A DNA stretch of 64,000 nucleotides from Dictyostelium discoideum (Eukaryota). The position numbers and the translations under genes are program-made. The notes under the pieces are model-generated. The model saw only the letters and a list, made by a program, of their open reading frames with translations. It was not told where the DNA came from and made no database searches. The stretch is from the NCBI GenBank assembly GCA_000004695.1, contig CM000151.3, forward strand, positions 4,512,001-4,576,000, written 5' to 3'. The number at the start of each line of letters is the position of its first letter. Position 1 is the stretch's first letter. Below, in pieces: positions 26,501 through 41,665 of the stretch.

Positions 26501-29500
26501 TGGGAATTAATTCATTTCACTTGTTCAACATTCCCACCAACTAGAAAATTAATTAAATATTTTGCAGCTTATCTTAAAACTACCATTCAACAAAGTGATG
26601 TTTCAAAATCTGTAAAGGATTCAGCACAAGCCTCCTATTTCATTCTTCAAAGATTCACATTAAATGGTGCACGTAAACAAGTACCATCTGTAACTGAATT
26701 AGAATCAATTAAAGAGAATCGTCCAATTTTCGTTCGTATTACCGCCACCGATGGTTCATTGAAGGGTTTACATATTGATAGTGCCACTACTTGTCAAGAG
26801 TCTTCAAATGATTTATCACAACGTTCGAGAATGCGTGTAAATTCAAAAGAGAATGGTTTCACTATCATTGAATCATTCAATGGCATTGAAAGAGATATCG
26901 CACCAACCGATAAGTTATGTGATGTATTGAGTAAGGTTGAGAATTTACAAGCAACCCTCTCAAGTAAGATTCAAGTTAATTTCAAATTTGTTTTCAAAAA
27001 GAAATTATTCTTTGATAATATCACCAATAATGTACCAACCACTTCAATCAATGTTGAAAATGAATTTTATTATCATCAATTGTTTAATGATTTATTCAAT
27101 TCCAATTATTGTAAGGATCAAGATTATCAAATTTCAATTGGTTCTTTGAAATTACAATTTGAGTCTTCTGATTACACCGATGAGATAAGAGCTTGGCTAC
27201 CAGGTAATGGTCGTGGTAAATATTTCACTACTGATATCGAAAAGAATAGATTCGATGATTTCATCAATAAATATAAATCACACAAAGGTTTATCACCAGA
27301 GGATGCAAAGAAACAAATGGTTCAATTGTTAGAGAAACATCCATTGGCAAATTGTTCATTGGTTGTATGTGAACATCAATCTGAATCACTCCCATACCCA
27401 AAGAATTTCGTTTTAGCATTGAATGTCAATGGTATTAATATCTATGATCCTGCCACTAGTAAAATGTTAGAGTCTGTCAAATACTCAAATCAATCTCAAC
27501 AAAATTTAAAGAGTGATGATAAATCAGTTTCGATCATTTTAGAGAATAAGAGTACTTTACAAGCATTCACTGGTGATGTTCAAAAATTGGTTTCATTAAT
27601 TAAAGAGTATTCATTATATTTAAGAAACAATGCTAAATATGCCAGAGCCTTAAAGGATTACAATGTTTCAGATACTTCATTGCTACCATTCAAGAGAAAT
27701 GATATCATAACTATCACATTTAAAGATCAAGAGAATAAATGGTTCATGGGTCAACTCAATGGTAAAGAAGGTTCATTCCCAGTTGATCATGTTGAAATTT
27801 TATTATCTGATGTACCACCACCACAACCAGTTCATCCAGTTGCTACTTTATCACCCCCAATGTCACCAACTATTCCAAACATTACAAATACTCCACCACC
27901 ACCACCATCAATTAGTGATTCAATGTCACCACCACCACAAGTTGGTATGTTACCACCACCACCTCCACCATCAGTTATGGGTTCGACCAAACCAATTGAA
28001 ATTCCATCATTAGGTATTCCACCACCACCACCATCATCATCAAATTCATCAGTACCAAATTCACCAATTGGTTCACCAATGATGGGTATTCCACCACCAC
28101 CACCAACTATTTCAGTTCATTCATTGTCAAACAGTGGTAATAGTACTCCTCCACCACCACTACCATCACTTTCAACTCCACCAACACTTTCAACTCCACC
28201 ACCAATTTCATCACCACCAAACTTTAGATCATCATTAAGAGTATCAATGCTTAATACATCAAATGATGGTGGTGATAATAGTTCTGATGATCCATCAAAG
28301 AGATTAACAGTTTCGCCAGCCATTGGTACCGATAGTCAATTGGCACAATGGGCATCAACTCGTTTCCGTTCATTCAAGAGAGCATCAACATTGAATCAAC
28401 AACAAGCAACCTTAAAGAGAAAAGCACCAGTCGATCCAAATACAGCATTCTACTTTAACAAGGATCCAATTAAAGAGTCATTGATTGAAATGGAAGCAAA
28501 ATTATCAAAGAAAGCCATTAAAAACTTTTCAGAGATTATGATGTGGATGGGTGATTATCCAATTCCAAAGGGTCAAACAGCATCATTGGTAATTCAATCA
28601 ATTATTTCACGTGGTATTGAAAATCATGAATTACGTGATGAAATCTATTGTCAAGCCTATCGTCAAACCAATAAGAATCCAAAGGTTGAATCAGCCAAGA
28701 AAGGTTTCGAATTAATCTATTTCCTTAGTATCACATTCTCACCATCAGACTCATTGTTACAACCATTCATGGAACAATTAATGTCAAGAAATATTGCAAT
28801 TCAATCAAGTTCACCACAATTGGCTTCATTGATTGCAGTTTGTATTGAGAAATTAGAATCTCATCCAATTCCATCCTATCAACAACGTAAGATGGGTCCA
28901 TCAGCCACTGAAATTCAATCATTCCGTTCAAATCTTGAGAATGGTGATATTAGCACATGTAAAATTCGTTTCATTGATCAATCTACTAAACTCGCTAAAA
29001 TCAACACCTATACAACCATCAGAGAGATCACCGATACCGTTTGTCGTCAATATGGTATCTCACAACAATCGATTAAAATGTTTGGCATTAGTGCAGTCAA
29101 TGAAACCGCAGGTATTAGTAAAGTGGTATCCGAGACCGATATGATTTACGATGTTTTGGCTCGTTGGGAACAAAGTGAAGAAAAGGGTGAATTCTATTTC
29201 CAAGTTCGTCGTAGATTCTTCTTGGATGATGTAAATAAAATTTTGGATCAAGAGCATCTTTGGACTGATGATGATATTTGTTTCGAGTTAACCTATTGTC
29301 AAATTCGTGATGAATGGATGAAAGGTTTATACACAAATGTCAATGAGAAAGATTCATCGATTATTGCCGCAATCTTAATTCAATTGTTATATCCAAATCA
29401 ATCCAAATTGGTTTTAACCAAAGAGGTTGTTCGTCAAGTTTTACCTGATCAAATTTTGAACTCTCAAAATATAAAGGTTTGGATCTCAATGATTGAATCT

Positions 29501-29848
29501 CAAATCTTTGAATTGGTCTCTCAAACCCCAGAATACTTGAAATTGATGTTTATCAATTTAATTGGTTCAAAATCACCATTATTCGGTTGTACATTATTTA
29601 ACATTCAACAAAAAGAAAATCCACCAAAAGCTTGGTTGGCCATCAACAAAAAAGGTGTTTCCATTTTCGATCCACACACTAAAGAATCTAAAAACTTTTG
29701 GACTTTCCAATCAATCTCAAATGTCGCTTTCACTGATGACACTTTTTGTATTATGACTGGTAATTTAATGAAACCAATTAAACAAACCTTTACAACTGAT
29801 GAACATTCTTCAATTGCTTCAGTTTATCAATTTTATTCTTCTCAATAA
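22415..29848 (+). CDS. myoI: Class VII unconventional myosin (motor, IQ motifs, charged repeat region, MyTH4-FERM, SH3, MyTH4-FERM); 4 exons
   Basis: Exon model: join(22415..22961, 23122..23472, 23587..23878, 23965..29848). This gives contiguous motor-domain motifs across junctions: GESGAGKT; ...ARIIN/YLLEKSRI; ...[16 protein letters not shown]; [35 protein letters not shown]. Donors are GTAAGT and introns are poly-A/T rich. The assembled protein is about 2357 aa, the length I recall for DdMVII (MyoI). Confidence 0.92.
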
Positions 29849-30145
29849 AAAAATTAAAATAAAATAAAATAAATAAATAAAAAAAAAAAACAAATAAATA
29901 AATAAATAAAAAAAAAAATTAAAAAAATTAAAAAAATTAAAAATACATATTAAATTTTTGTTGTTAAAAATGGAAATTTTGGTTATTTGGGCTCCCTTTT
30001 TTTCAGATAAATAATTGAAATCAAAAAAATGAGTTTTGGGATATTTTAATTTATTTTCGTAAAAAAAAAGTTGTGGTGTGAAAAAAAAATAAAATTTTGT
30101 TGGTGTTTAAAATTTAAAAAAAAAAATTTTAAAAATAAAGAATAA

Positions 30146-31714
30146 ATGATTTTAAAGTTTTTAATTTTTATTTGTTTTGTGAGTATACTTTTTTTATGTG
30201 AAAAAGCTTTAGGGGAATTAATCATTAAAGATGTAACAATTGATAAAAATGCAAGTACTAAATATAAGTTTCAAGGGAGCTGCTCATATTCACTATTTGC
30301 TTTAGTAATTGATGATAGTTCTCCCTCTTCACTTACAATATATACCGACTCCAACAAAGGTATGGGATTCGATGCTTATGCATTTGTTGCGCAATCATAC
30401 AAAAATTCCACTTATTCATCTACTCTTTTCACCATTTCAGTTTTTTCTTATAATGGAGAAGGTGAACCTGTTCTTATTGCTTCTAATGATATTGTAAATT
30501 CAACTTTATATTTACCCTTAAAATGTTTAGGTAAAGATTAAAAAAAAAAAAAAAAAAAAAATTAAACAATAAAAAAAAAAGATTAATTAACACTAATTTA
30601 ATTAAACAAACAAATAAAAAAAAAAAAAAAAAATTAAAAATTTAAAATCAATTTAAAGAAATTCAAACTGGCCAAATGACACTATTAAAAAAAACAGACA
30701 TGCAACCAGATATTTTTGGATTATTATCATATCAGTTTCAAGTTGGTGGATTAATATCAAATTATCCATCAGGTGGAATTACGGGTTATAACTCTTTTAA
30801 TTCTTTAATGACTAATTATGTATATATAAGTTTTTCTTCTGGGCCAAAAGGAGATACTCCAAAATCACCATCAACACATTTTGTGTTTAGTGATTTTACT
30901 GTTTCTTTGGGTGAATATTATAATAATACAAGTAAGTTTTATTTTTATTTAATTAATTTTAATTTCAAAATCCTTATTAATATAAATTCTTTTTTTAATG
31001 ATAATAATTATAATAGATGTGGATTCTGTAACCAATATTAAGAGATTCCCAAACGTTCAAGATGTTCAATTAATGGGCAAATCTTTTGTACCACTGTTCA
31101 CATTCGAGTCTGACACACCATATTTAATTCCAAGTTTTTCATTAATGGTTATTTCTTCCTTTCTTAATTTTTATTTTAGACCAATTTCAAAAAAAAACAA
31201 TATAACAACATTTATTGGTGCCTATGGTTATATGGATAGTGGATTATTAACTAATTATACTTTTTATGCACAACATCAATCAATTTCAACAATAAGAGAT
31301 ACATTTAGTTTTAATATTAAAGGTAAAAATTTATAATTTATTAATTAATATTAACTCGATAATTAATTAATTAATTAATTAATTTATTTATTTATTGAAA
31401 AGAATTTGAAAAGAATTTAATACCTATAAATACAAATAATATTACTCAAATCAATAGTTGGTTGATTATAGATTTTAGTTCTACTAGTCCATATGATTTC
31501 ACACCATTCTATATCACTCATTTATCAACAAAATATTATAAATTTCCATTTGGTTTCAAAAAAGGTGGGTTAGGAGGTTATCAATATTCTGCAACATTTT
31601 TATTACCAGACGTCATCTCAAATCCAGAAAATATTTCATTTTCAACAAACAGTTTTTTTAAAAGTTCTGATAGCGATGGTTTTACATCATTTGTTAAATC
31701 TCCAAATCAAGGTA

Positions 31715-31755
<41 letters not shown>

Positions 31756-34700
31756 GTCCTAAAGGAATATATAATAACATTTTTTTTATTTACGAAAAAA
31801 AGCTCCTTATAGTGCGCCTGTATATGTTGATCACAAATTTTATCATATATATGATTCATTTTATTTATTACTATTTAATATCAAACATGAAAGTCCAATT
31901 TATAAAATATCAAATAATTATAGAGATTATTTCATAACTACGCTATCTTCTGGAACCGACATGGATGGTTGGTTTGAAATGATAGTCGATACAAGAAGAA
32001 AGGTTACACATATTCTTACAAATCAATTCAGATATTTTGTTCCCTCTATTGATCGTTATTATTCTTCAATTAATTTAAAACCTTTTAAAATACCTCCAAT
32101 ATTAGATAGTAAGTTATTTTTTTTCAATTCCTTTTTTTTTTTTTTTTTTTTTATATATAGAATTTACTAATTTTAAATTATTAGATATAGATTTTTTTAA
32201 TGAAATTAGAGATGTATCAATATTATATAAAACTATGAATGTTACAAATTCTAAAGCTGGAAATATATTATATTTTAATTATACAAATTTAGATATTGAA
32301 ACACCAATTAATTTATTAGTAAATCTTCCAGAATATTTTGCAAACCAAATTCAATCCACTGTAATTTTACCAGAGGTATATTTAGATAATTCAGTACCAG
32401 CAATTTGGAATAGTACAATAAATATGTTTCAAGTTGAATTTTTTTTACCAAAAAATTCTCTACCTGGTAAAATTCCATTTGCTTTATTCTTTAAAAATGA
32501 TTTATTTATATTAGGTCAATCATTAGGTCCAAATGCTGAATTTAATGTAATTTCTGAAAGTAAGTTTTTACAATATTGTAAAAAAAAAAAAAAAAAAAAA
32601 AAGAAATTCTAATAGTTTTTTTTTTGTTTTTTGTTTTATAGATTGTGATTTATATGGCCCAATTTTTGAAAATATTATAAAAATATCAAATACAATTAGT
32701 GGTGATTTTCTTTTAGTTGGTTGGAATTTAACTATCAGTGATCCAATTAATGGATTTGCAGGTGGTTATATAGTTATAAAAGGTACAGATGGTTCAATAT
32801 ATAATAAAACTATCATACCAACAGAAAACATTTATAGTGATACATATTTTGTTTCAGTAAATATAAGTTCACCATGTGCAAAACATAATTTAATAATTAC
32901 TGATGTAGCACTATTTGATACTGAAAATAATAATTCAACATTTTCAATATTTAATGAATATGAAGGATTTTATAGGTCACTCTTTAATCCATTTATAAAT
33001 TTTATTGGTGATAATTCAATTAATAAGATTTCAGTTAACTGTATTACAGAAGCTATCGATGATACTCCACCTAAAATAATTAGTGTATATGTGGATCCAA
33101 AAGAAATTGATATTTCCAGTAATTTAAGAGATGTAGTAATAGGTTTTAATGCTGTTGATTCAGAAAGTGGTTTAAAGAAGGACGCATTACCAATGGTTTA
33201 TTTATCAAGTGTAGATCTCGATAAAATTGAATGTCCAATTATTAATGTTACTGTTATAGATAAATTCAATTCCCTATATCGATGCACAGTAAATGTACCA
33301 CTTGGTTTTGGTTACCCATATGGACTTTTAATATCAATATATGGATTGGTTAATAATGGTGGTACTTTTGGTGGTTACAGTACAGCTGATTTGAAAGAAA
33401 ATGGTTTTCCTCACTCCATCAATACCACATTTGCATTGGGTTATCCAATTATTGAGGGAGTTGGTAGAATTTCGACACTAGGTGGTGAAATTTGGATTAC
33501 AGGTAAAGGTTTATTGGGTGTAGATTATGCTATTTTAGAATCTAATAAACTTTTGGTCTCTAAAACTATTGGAAACTCAGCCATTTTATTAACAGGTATA
33601 CCATCATTGACTCCAAATACAAAATATTCTATTTTCGTTGTCAAAGGAGCATATATTTCGAATCGAATTGATTTCATACCATATGAAAAGGTTATTGGTT
33701 CTCCCTCTCCGACAGAAACTCCTTCAACAACTCCTTCAACAACTCCTTCAACAACTCCTTCAACAACACCAACTATTAAATGTTCTGGTACACCAGAATG
33801 TGGTGGTTCATTAAAAGGTTATTGTAATTCTGGAAATTGTGTTTGTTTTTCACCATGGATTGGTGTTGATTGTACATCAAAAATAATTTTAGTTGAACCA
33901 CCACGAGTTAATACAAGTGACCCATCAAGTGAAATTGAAACACCCATTTCAAATAGTTCGAATATTAAAGAAGCAGCAGTTTATAAATCATTTGTAGCAT
34001 TAATAGCACTAAGAGAACTTGATTTTAATGATGTAGTAATTAATCAATATTATTTTAGTAAATGGTTATTCAGTGAAATTAGTCCACTATCTTCAAAATA
34101 TATAACAAACATTACAAATAATGATGGTAAATCAATTTCACAAGTTACAGCTATAACTGAATGGTTCACTAAAGAAACAAACATATCATTTGGAGGTAGT
34201 GATTTAACAATGAATCCGTCATCATTAAAATATACTATTTCAATTGATTCTTATCCATTTAGAGATAAGCTTTGTAGATTAGAATTATTAATGTCTGCTT
34301 CTTTTACATCTTCAAAAACTGATGATATTTGTTCATCGCAAGAATTTACAACAACAGCAGCAGCAGCAAACTCAAAGGATGACAATGAAATTAGTGGTGG
34401 TAATAACTATTTAAAGATTCAAATTGGTGATCACTCAATGTTTGCAAGATTTTTAAAAAGAGGAATTATTGATGATAAAACTATCACTGTAGATAATAGA
34501 CAAATCATTAATGATGATAAAACTACTTCAACAATCGAAAACTCTGGATATCATTCAAGCGCATTAATTGGTATCCTTATACCATATTTTAGAAATTATT
34601 CTACAATAGATCCAGATTTCTCTGTAATAATAGATAATCAATCATCTTCACCCTCATCACCAAATTCAATTTGTTCACAAACTTCAAACTCTGGACTTAG

Positions 34701-34869
34701 TAAATCTTCTCTTGCTGGTATTATAATTGGTGGTGTTGCATTTTTCTTGGTAATTGTCATTTGTATTATATACTTCCTTTATAAGACTAACCCAGTTCCA
34801 TTTAAATTAATTAAACAAAGAATTTTCCTTGGTTGTTTTATTTCCAAAAATTTTAAATCGAAATATTAA
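30146..34869 (+). CDS. Intact paralog of the transposon-interrupted membrane protein gene: signal peptide, TIG-like repeats, EGF-like Cys-rich module, TM helix (7 exons, about 1370 aa)
   Basis: Approximate exons (+/-1-2 nt): 30146..30530, 30659..30931, 31017..31322, 31472..31711, 31803..32108, 32185..32559, 32642..34869. All junctions are phase 1 and the total is divisible by 3. The C-terminal ORF carries CSGTPECGGSLKGYCNSGNCVCFSPWIGVDC, ALRELDF, TMNPSSLKYTISIDSYPF and a TM helix (IIIGGVAFFLVIVICIIYFLY). These are co-linear with 7702..9351. The exon ending ...LPGKIPFALFFKNDLFILGQSLGPNAEFNVISE aligns across the transposon insertion point of the paralog. Confidence 0.7.
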
Positions 34870-35443
34870 AAAAAAAAAATAATAAAATAAAAACTATTAA
34901 TTAAAATAGTTTAAATAAAATGTTGTAATTTGATAAATAAATATAACCTATTAAATTTATTTTTTACTTCATTTTTGTTTTTTCTATTATATAAGTCGAA
35001 CATTCTGAAAAGTCTGTTTGAGAGCAAATTGAGTAGTCTGAATTGTCAACATTTTTATTTTCATCTTTAATATCTATAAAATTTAAGAAATTAATATTTT
35101 TAAAAAAAAAATACAAAATGAATTACTTTTATTTTTTTCAATAAAATGTTCAAACGATTAAGGATAAAAAGAATTCTTTTATTTTTTTTTTTTCTTTTTT
35201 TTTTTTTAATTTTTTTTCTTTTACCGATAAAGAGAAACTTTTAATAAATTTTTTAATATTTTCTTAAAAATAAATTATATTTATTTGTTTTTTTTTCATT
35301 CTATGAGAATAATTAATTAATTAGGTTACCAGTAAAAATAATCAGTTTTAAGAGGAACTCCAAATTTATACTTTTTGTTAGAAGTTGATTTAATATTTTT
35401 TACACCATTTACTTTGGTAATTGATTTAGTGAATAGTTTTAAT

Positions 35444-36290
35444 TTATTGTGGAATAGTAGTTTTATTCAATGGGAGTTTAATATCGAAAACAAATAACTT
35501 TTTACAAGTAGATTGGAATGTTGGGAAAGGTTCGCTGTAACCATCTGGTAATAATATACCATCAACAAATGAAGGAATAGCTGCTGGTATACTATGTCCA
35601 AAAGCAATTGCAATATTTTCAATACCATTTGGAATAATATCACCATTTCCATAAATTAAAAATTCTTTATTTGCGAAATGACAAAGAGTTGATTGTCTAT
35701 CATCTTTTGGATAGATTTTCTCTGATACATTTTGTTGTTGTTTTTGAGATTGAACCTTTGCAGTGGTTGCCTCTTGTGATGATGATTTTGATGATGTATT
35801 TCCATAGGTACCAGAATTTCCAGTTCCTTTTGTAAATTCAGAAACAAAAATCATTTTTTGGAATGATTTTGGAATTTCTTCAATCAAATCCTCATTAATG
35901 GTTATTAAATCATCTTTATATTGAGGAGTTTCAATTCCTGAAGAAGATCCAGATTCCAATTTTGAAATATAAGATGAATGGATTTTCTTGGTGAATAACT
36001 TTGATTTTATTAATTTCATTCTCTTCACATTTTTTCAATTCTTTTTTTATTGAACTATAAATATCTTGAACTGTTTTCAATTCTTTTTCAAATTCTTTTT
36101 TCTTTTCATTAAACTTTTTATTTGATTCTTCAATTAAAGTTGAACTAGGTATATCATCTCCAATTTCAATGATTTGATGACCACTATGGAAATCTTTTGA
36201 AGTATCACATTTTGTACAGATTTGAACATTATTACATTGAGTACAAATAAAAAGTACATCATTATTTTGAAGTGATAAAATTTTTTACTA
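35444..36290 (-). CDS. B-box zinc finger / coiled-coil protein with a C-terminal domain; the reading frame changes near 36030
   Basis: Minus strand, upstream frame: ...FICTQCNNVQICTKCDTSKDFHSGHQIIEIGDD (B-box-like C-x2-C...C-x2-C...H-x2-H) plus KKFNEKKKEFEKELKTVQDIYSSIKKELKK. This continues in another frame as ORF 35444..36028 (...SGSSSGIETPQYKDDLITINEDLIEEIPK...). No intron can be fitted between the frames, and no ATG lies upstream in the B-box frame. Confidence 0.35.
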
Positions 36291-36950
36291 TTATTAATAA
36301 TTGTCATTTTATTTATTTTAGTTTAAAAAAAAAAAAAAAAATTTAATTTATAGTTTTTTGAATAATAGTAAATAATAGTAATGATAAATGATACTTGAAT
36401 ATTCAAAATTTTAAATATTTATAAAATATCTAGATTTTGATTTAAATTTAAAATATTATATAATTTTTATTTAAATTTAACTTTGTTCAATAGGATAATG
36501 ATGTCATTAAAATCTAGATTTTTTTTTTTTTTTTTTTTTTGTAAAAAGCTTGTGCTTTTTCATACACAAACCCAAAATAAGTTGAAAATGGTTGAATTTA
36601 ATTTTTCTGATAATCTACATGACGTGTTACATAAAAAAAATATCTTTTTTTTAAAAAAAAAAAATAAGAAATATCTAAAATTAAAAAAAAATTTGAAATT
36701 GGTTTGAGGGGAACTTATTTTGAGATTAAAAATAAACAAAATTAAAAAATAAAAAAGGATTGAAAAAATTGAAGGAAATTCTTGTATTATATAAAGAAAA
36801 AAAAAAATTAAAAAAAAATGAAATTAGGTTTGAGATTAAAAAAAGGTTTGAAAAAATAAAGGGGTAAAAAAAAAAAAATTTTTTTTTTTTTTTTAAAACA
36901 ATTTTAGTTTTCATTGTTGTAAAAAAAAAAAAAAAAAAAAAAAACCGATT

Positions 36951-37169
36951 ATGACAAAAAAGATAGATAAAAATTCATTCATCCAAAGATATTTAGAGAA
37001 AACAAATTGTTCGAATTGGAAATTGGATGAAAACAATGATGATAAAGACAACGTTATTGGATTACCTTCATTAGAATTCCTTAATGAAATTCAAAAATCA
37101 ATTTCTTTTAAACTTGCAAATAAATATAAATATGTTTCGATAAATAATTATGAAACGGAACACAACGAA

Positions 37170-37211
<42 letters not shown>

Positions 37212-37481
37212 AGTGAAAGTAATGCTGAAGAAGAGGATGATGAAGAAGTAAACCATGACGATACCACAGATGAAGAAACAGAAAAAAGAAAAAGAAAAAA
37301 AGTTTCAAAAAGTAAAACACACTCAAAACCAAATATAAGGTCAACTAACTCTGGTTTATTAAAAATGAATAGTAAAAACTCAATAAATAGGTTCCCATTA
37401 AGTCAACCATGTTTAAAACCTGAAATTTATAATGAAAGATGTGGTCCTGAAGTTTTAATGTCATTAGGTAAATATTTATAA
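36951..37481 (+). CDS. Hypothetical acidic protein (Asp/Glu tract, lysine-rich NLS-like segment)
   Basis: A 176-aa ORF with ordinary codon composition outside the GAT repeat. It has an upstream A-tract and an AT-rich downstream region. No homolog was recognised. Confidence 0.4.
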
Positions 37482-37564
37482 AAAAAAAAAGAAAAAAAAA
37501 AAAATCATTTTTATTATTTAAATCGATGCCAACACTTTGAACAATAATTAACTGTTTCGGATAG

Positions 37565-37600
<36 letters not shown>

Positions 37601-38483
37601 TTACCCTAAAAACAAATACAAAAATTAACAATTTATTTTATTTTTAAAAAAAATATAAAAATAAAGGTATTTTATATCAACAAATTTTAATATCTCAAAT
37701 TAAATCTTTAAACTCTTTTCAAAAATAAAATTCTTCAAAACAAACAAACAACATAAAATAAAAATAATAATAATAATAATACAACTCTTATCGTTTAGGG
37801 ATTGACCCCCTATATACAACGAAGAACCAAAAGAAAGAAAAAAAGAAAAAGAAAAACATTGCCAATATTTTCCATTTTTTTTTTATTTTATAGTGGAACA
37901 CACGTGTGCTTAAATGGAAAAAAAAAAAAAAAAAAAAAAAAATCTAAAAAAAAAAAAATCTTAGATCCTTTCATGTGGGGGGTAAATTTCAAAATTTTAA
38001 AATGGTTTTTTTCAATAATTTTATTATTATTATAATATTAATACTACATTATTAATGTAGCTAGAATACACTCTTATTTTTTTAATTATTTCCTTTTTTT
38101 CATATTCCCATTTTAAATAAAAAAAAAAAACATATGCCAAATCAAATGATATCATCGGTTAAAAAATAAATAAAAAATAAATTTAGTAATATTAAAAACA
38201 ACAATAATATTTATTTTATTTTATTTTATTTTATTTAATTTATTTAATTTATTTTATTTTTTTTTATTAGTGTGGCATTATACTAAATTAATTAATTTAA
38301 TGTTAGTGTTTCTGTTAACTTAAAATAAATAAAATAAAAAATAAAATAAAACATAAATAAAAACAAAAGTAAAAATAAATTAAAATTAATTGTTTTTTTT
38401 TTACTATTGCTTTTTTTTTTTTTCACTATTGCTTTTTTTAATTAATTATTTTCCTTATTATTATTTTATTTTTTTCAATTTTG

Positions 38484-38538
<55 letters not shown>

Positions 38539-38783
38539 CATTTAGATTATTGCGAAAAAAAAAAAAAAAACCAAAAATTTCAATCATAATATCCATAATT
38601 ATTATAATATTAATTTGGATTTATTTTCCAAAACCAATATCCATTGATTTAATACCCAATCAATAATCCAATCATTGAACCAAATAATCCAATCCACAAG
38701 ATTGGCAAACATTATTTACTACTATTCAACAATTTCGCATTTCACTAAAATGTAAGTATTTTATATATTTATTTTTTTTATTT

Positions 38784-38821
<38 letters not shown>

Positions 38822-39138
38822 TTTTTTAAAAAATAAAAAAATAAAAAAAAAATTAAATGATAATAATAATAATAAAATAAAATTTAATAAATTATTAAAT
38901 TTTTTTGGTACTTTTACAAAACAATTGTTTATTTAAAGTATTTAAATTCCACCAAGCACAGTGTTGTTCATTTCTTTGTGAATTAAGAATTTTTGTAAAT
39001 TTTGTATCATCAGTGATGTTTTCTTTTTTTTTTTTTTTTTTATTTTTTTTTTTTCAATTTAAAATTTACTCTCAATGGTTTGTGATTGTTTTAAAATATC
39101 GAAAGTGTTTAAAAAAAATATCAGTTGATTTAATTTTG

Positions 39139-39171
<33 letters not shown>

Positions 39172-39490
39172 TGAAAAAAAAAAAAATAAAATAAAATAAA
39201 ATGGGCTTCTCAAATTAAACCACCTACCACCAAAGATGTGGGTTATTTATTATTATTATTTCAAAAATAACAAAAAATAAAAGAATAGTTCATTTTATAT
39301 ATGAATTAATTATATCCAACACTACTATTTTCTTTTAAATCATAAAGCCGCTCTTAATTTATTGTTTTTATTCTAATTTTAACACTCCACTTTTTTTTTT
39401 TTTCCTTTTTTTTTTTTTTCTTTTTTTTTTTATTTTTTTATTTTATTTTTTTTTTATTCTTTTTTGATAAATTTAAAAAAAAACTTAGAA

Positions 39491-39521
<31 letters not shown>

Positions 39522-39926
39522 AGAAAAAAAAAAAAAATAAAAGAATCACACACACCTTAACTTAATTTAAATTATATATTAATCCCTCGATAAAATAAAT
39601 ATATAATATTTTAAAAAATAATTTTAACAATAAGGTAAATATAAAAAGTTAAATTTTTTTATTTTTAATTTTTTATTTTTAATTTTTATTTTTTAATTTT
39701 TATTATTATTTTTTTTCAAACTTAATTTGTTCAATCATGTGATTTCTTAAATCTTCTGAATTGTCATTATTATTTTTCATATTCATATAATTATTTAAAA
39801 AAAAAAAACATTATCTACACCTTCATTTTAATTGTTGTGTTAAATTTCAAAAAAAAAAAAAAAAATAAGATTAGATGAAGGGTGGATTAAAAAAAAAAGA
39901 TAAAAACAACATTAATAACACCACTT

Positions 39927-39972
<46 letters not shown>

Positions 39973-40233
39973 ACACCCTTGTGCACATCCTAACTTATAA
40001 AGTCGTTAATTTATTTGATTTGATAAATTATAATAAATTTAAAATTTCACAAGTCTTGTTCAAAGTTTATTATTAAACAATACCAACCCACCAACCAAAA
40101 ATTATTTTTATTTTTATTTTTTTTTTTATTTTTAATTTTATTTTTTTTTTTTGGGTTTTTTTTTGGATTTTTTGGGCCACTTATCAAAAAAGGTTTCAAA
40201 AAAACATGCTTTTGATTTTAAACAAATCATTTT

Positions 40234-40268
<35 letters not shown>

Positions 40269-41278
40269 CACAAGTGATTATTTTTTTTTGTTGCATATGA
40301 AAAAAAAAAGAAAATTAAAAAAAAAAAAAAGAAAAAATTAAAAATTAAAAATAAAATTTTTTTTTTTTTTTTAAAATAATAAGAAAAAAAAAATAATTAA
40401 AAATAGTAATCAATTATATAATTTGTGTAGGTGTTTTTTTCTTTTTTTTTTTTTTTATTTTCTAATTCCTTTTTATTGTTAATTTTATTGTTTTACTTGC
40501 TTTTTTTTTTTTTTTTATTTTTATTTTTTTTTTTTTTTTTTTTTCTGTACAAAATTTATTATACACCCACCCACACACATACACCCATTAAGTGATTGGA
40601 AATATCAAAATTTTGGTGGTAAAAATGATATCATATTCTCAATTTTAAAGTCATTAATTTATTAATAAATATATTACTCATATGATTTTATCTCAAAAAA
40701 GGAAATAAACTAAAACATATATTAATAATTTACAAAAATTACCATAATAACCATATCCACTTTATTCCCCAAAACACTACATTAAAATATTCATTATTCT
40801 TCTATTTATAATAAAATATCATCAAAAAACCACACACACATATATTCACCCAAAAAACAATATTAAAAAAAAAAAATATTCACCCCACAGAATTTAATTT
40901 TTTCACACACTTACATACTACTACCCAAACTCAACAGATAAAAATTAATTTTACACACAAACAAACACACAGACACACACAGACACACAATGTGAAATAT
41001 AACATCACAAATATACAATCTATTATCAACTATTTTTTTGGTTTTTTTCTTTAAATAAATAAATAAAAAAAAAAAAATAAAAAAAAAAAAATAAAAAATA
41101 AAAAAATAAAAATCTAATATCGCCTCACCTACAACCAACCCCCCAACACAACACCAATTCGCGTTGATATTATTATTATTATTATTTTAATTGTTTTGTT
41201 TTTCTTATTTATAAAAGAAAAATAATAATAAAAATAATAATAAATAAAAAAAATAAATAAATAAATTAAATAGCTTTG

Positions 41279-41309
<31 letters not shown>

Positions 41310-41620
41310 GAAATGAACAATTTTTTAGTTTTAAAACAATTCCATTTATTTATTTATTTATATTTATTTATTTATTTATTTATTTATTTTGGCCGAAACA
41401 CCAAAAAAAAAAAAGTACAGATGCCTTGTTTTATTTGCAGTTTTTTTTTCTATTTTTTTTTTTTTTTTTTTTATTAATTTTACATTTTTTTTTTTTTTCA
41501 CCTTTTTTCCTTAAATCCTAAAACTCATAAGTTTTAATCATTTACATAAAAAAAAAAAAAAAAAACATTCCAATTTGCAATGACCCCAGTAATTAAAATT
41601 TTCTTAAAAAAAAAAAAAAG

Positions 41621-41665
<45 letters not shown>

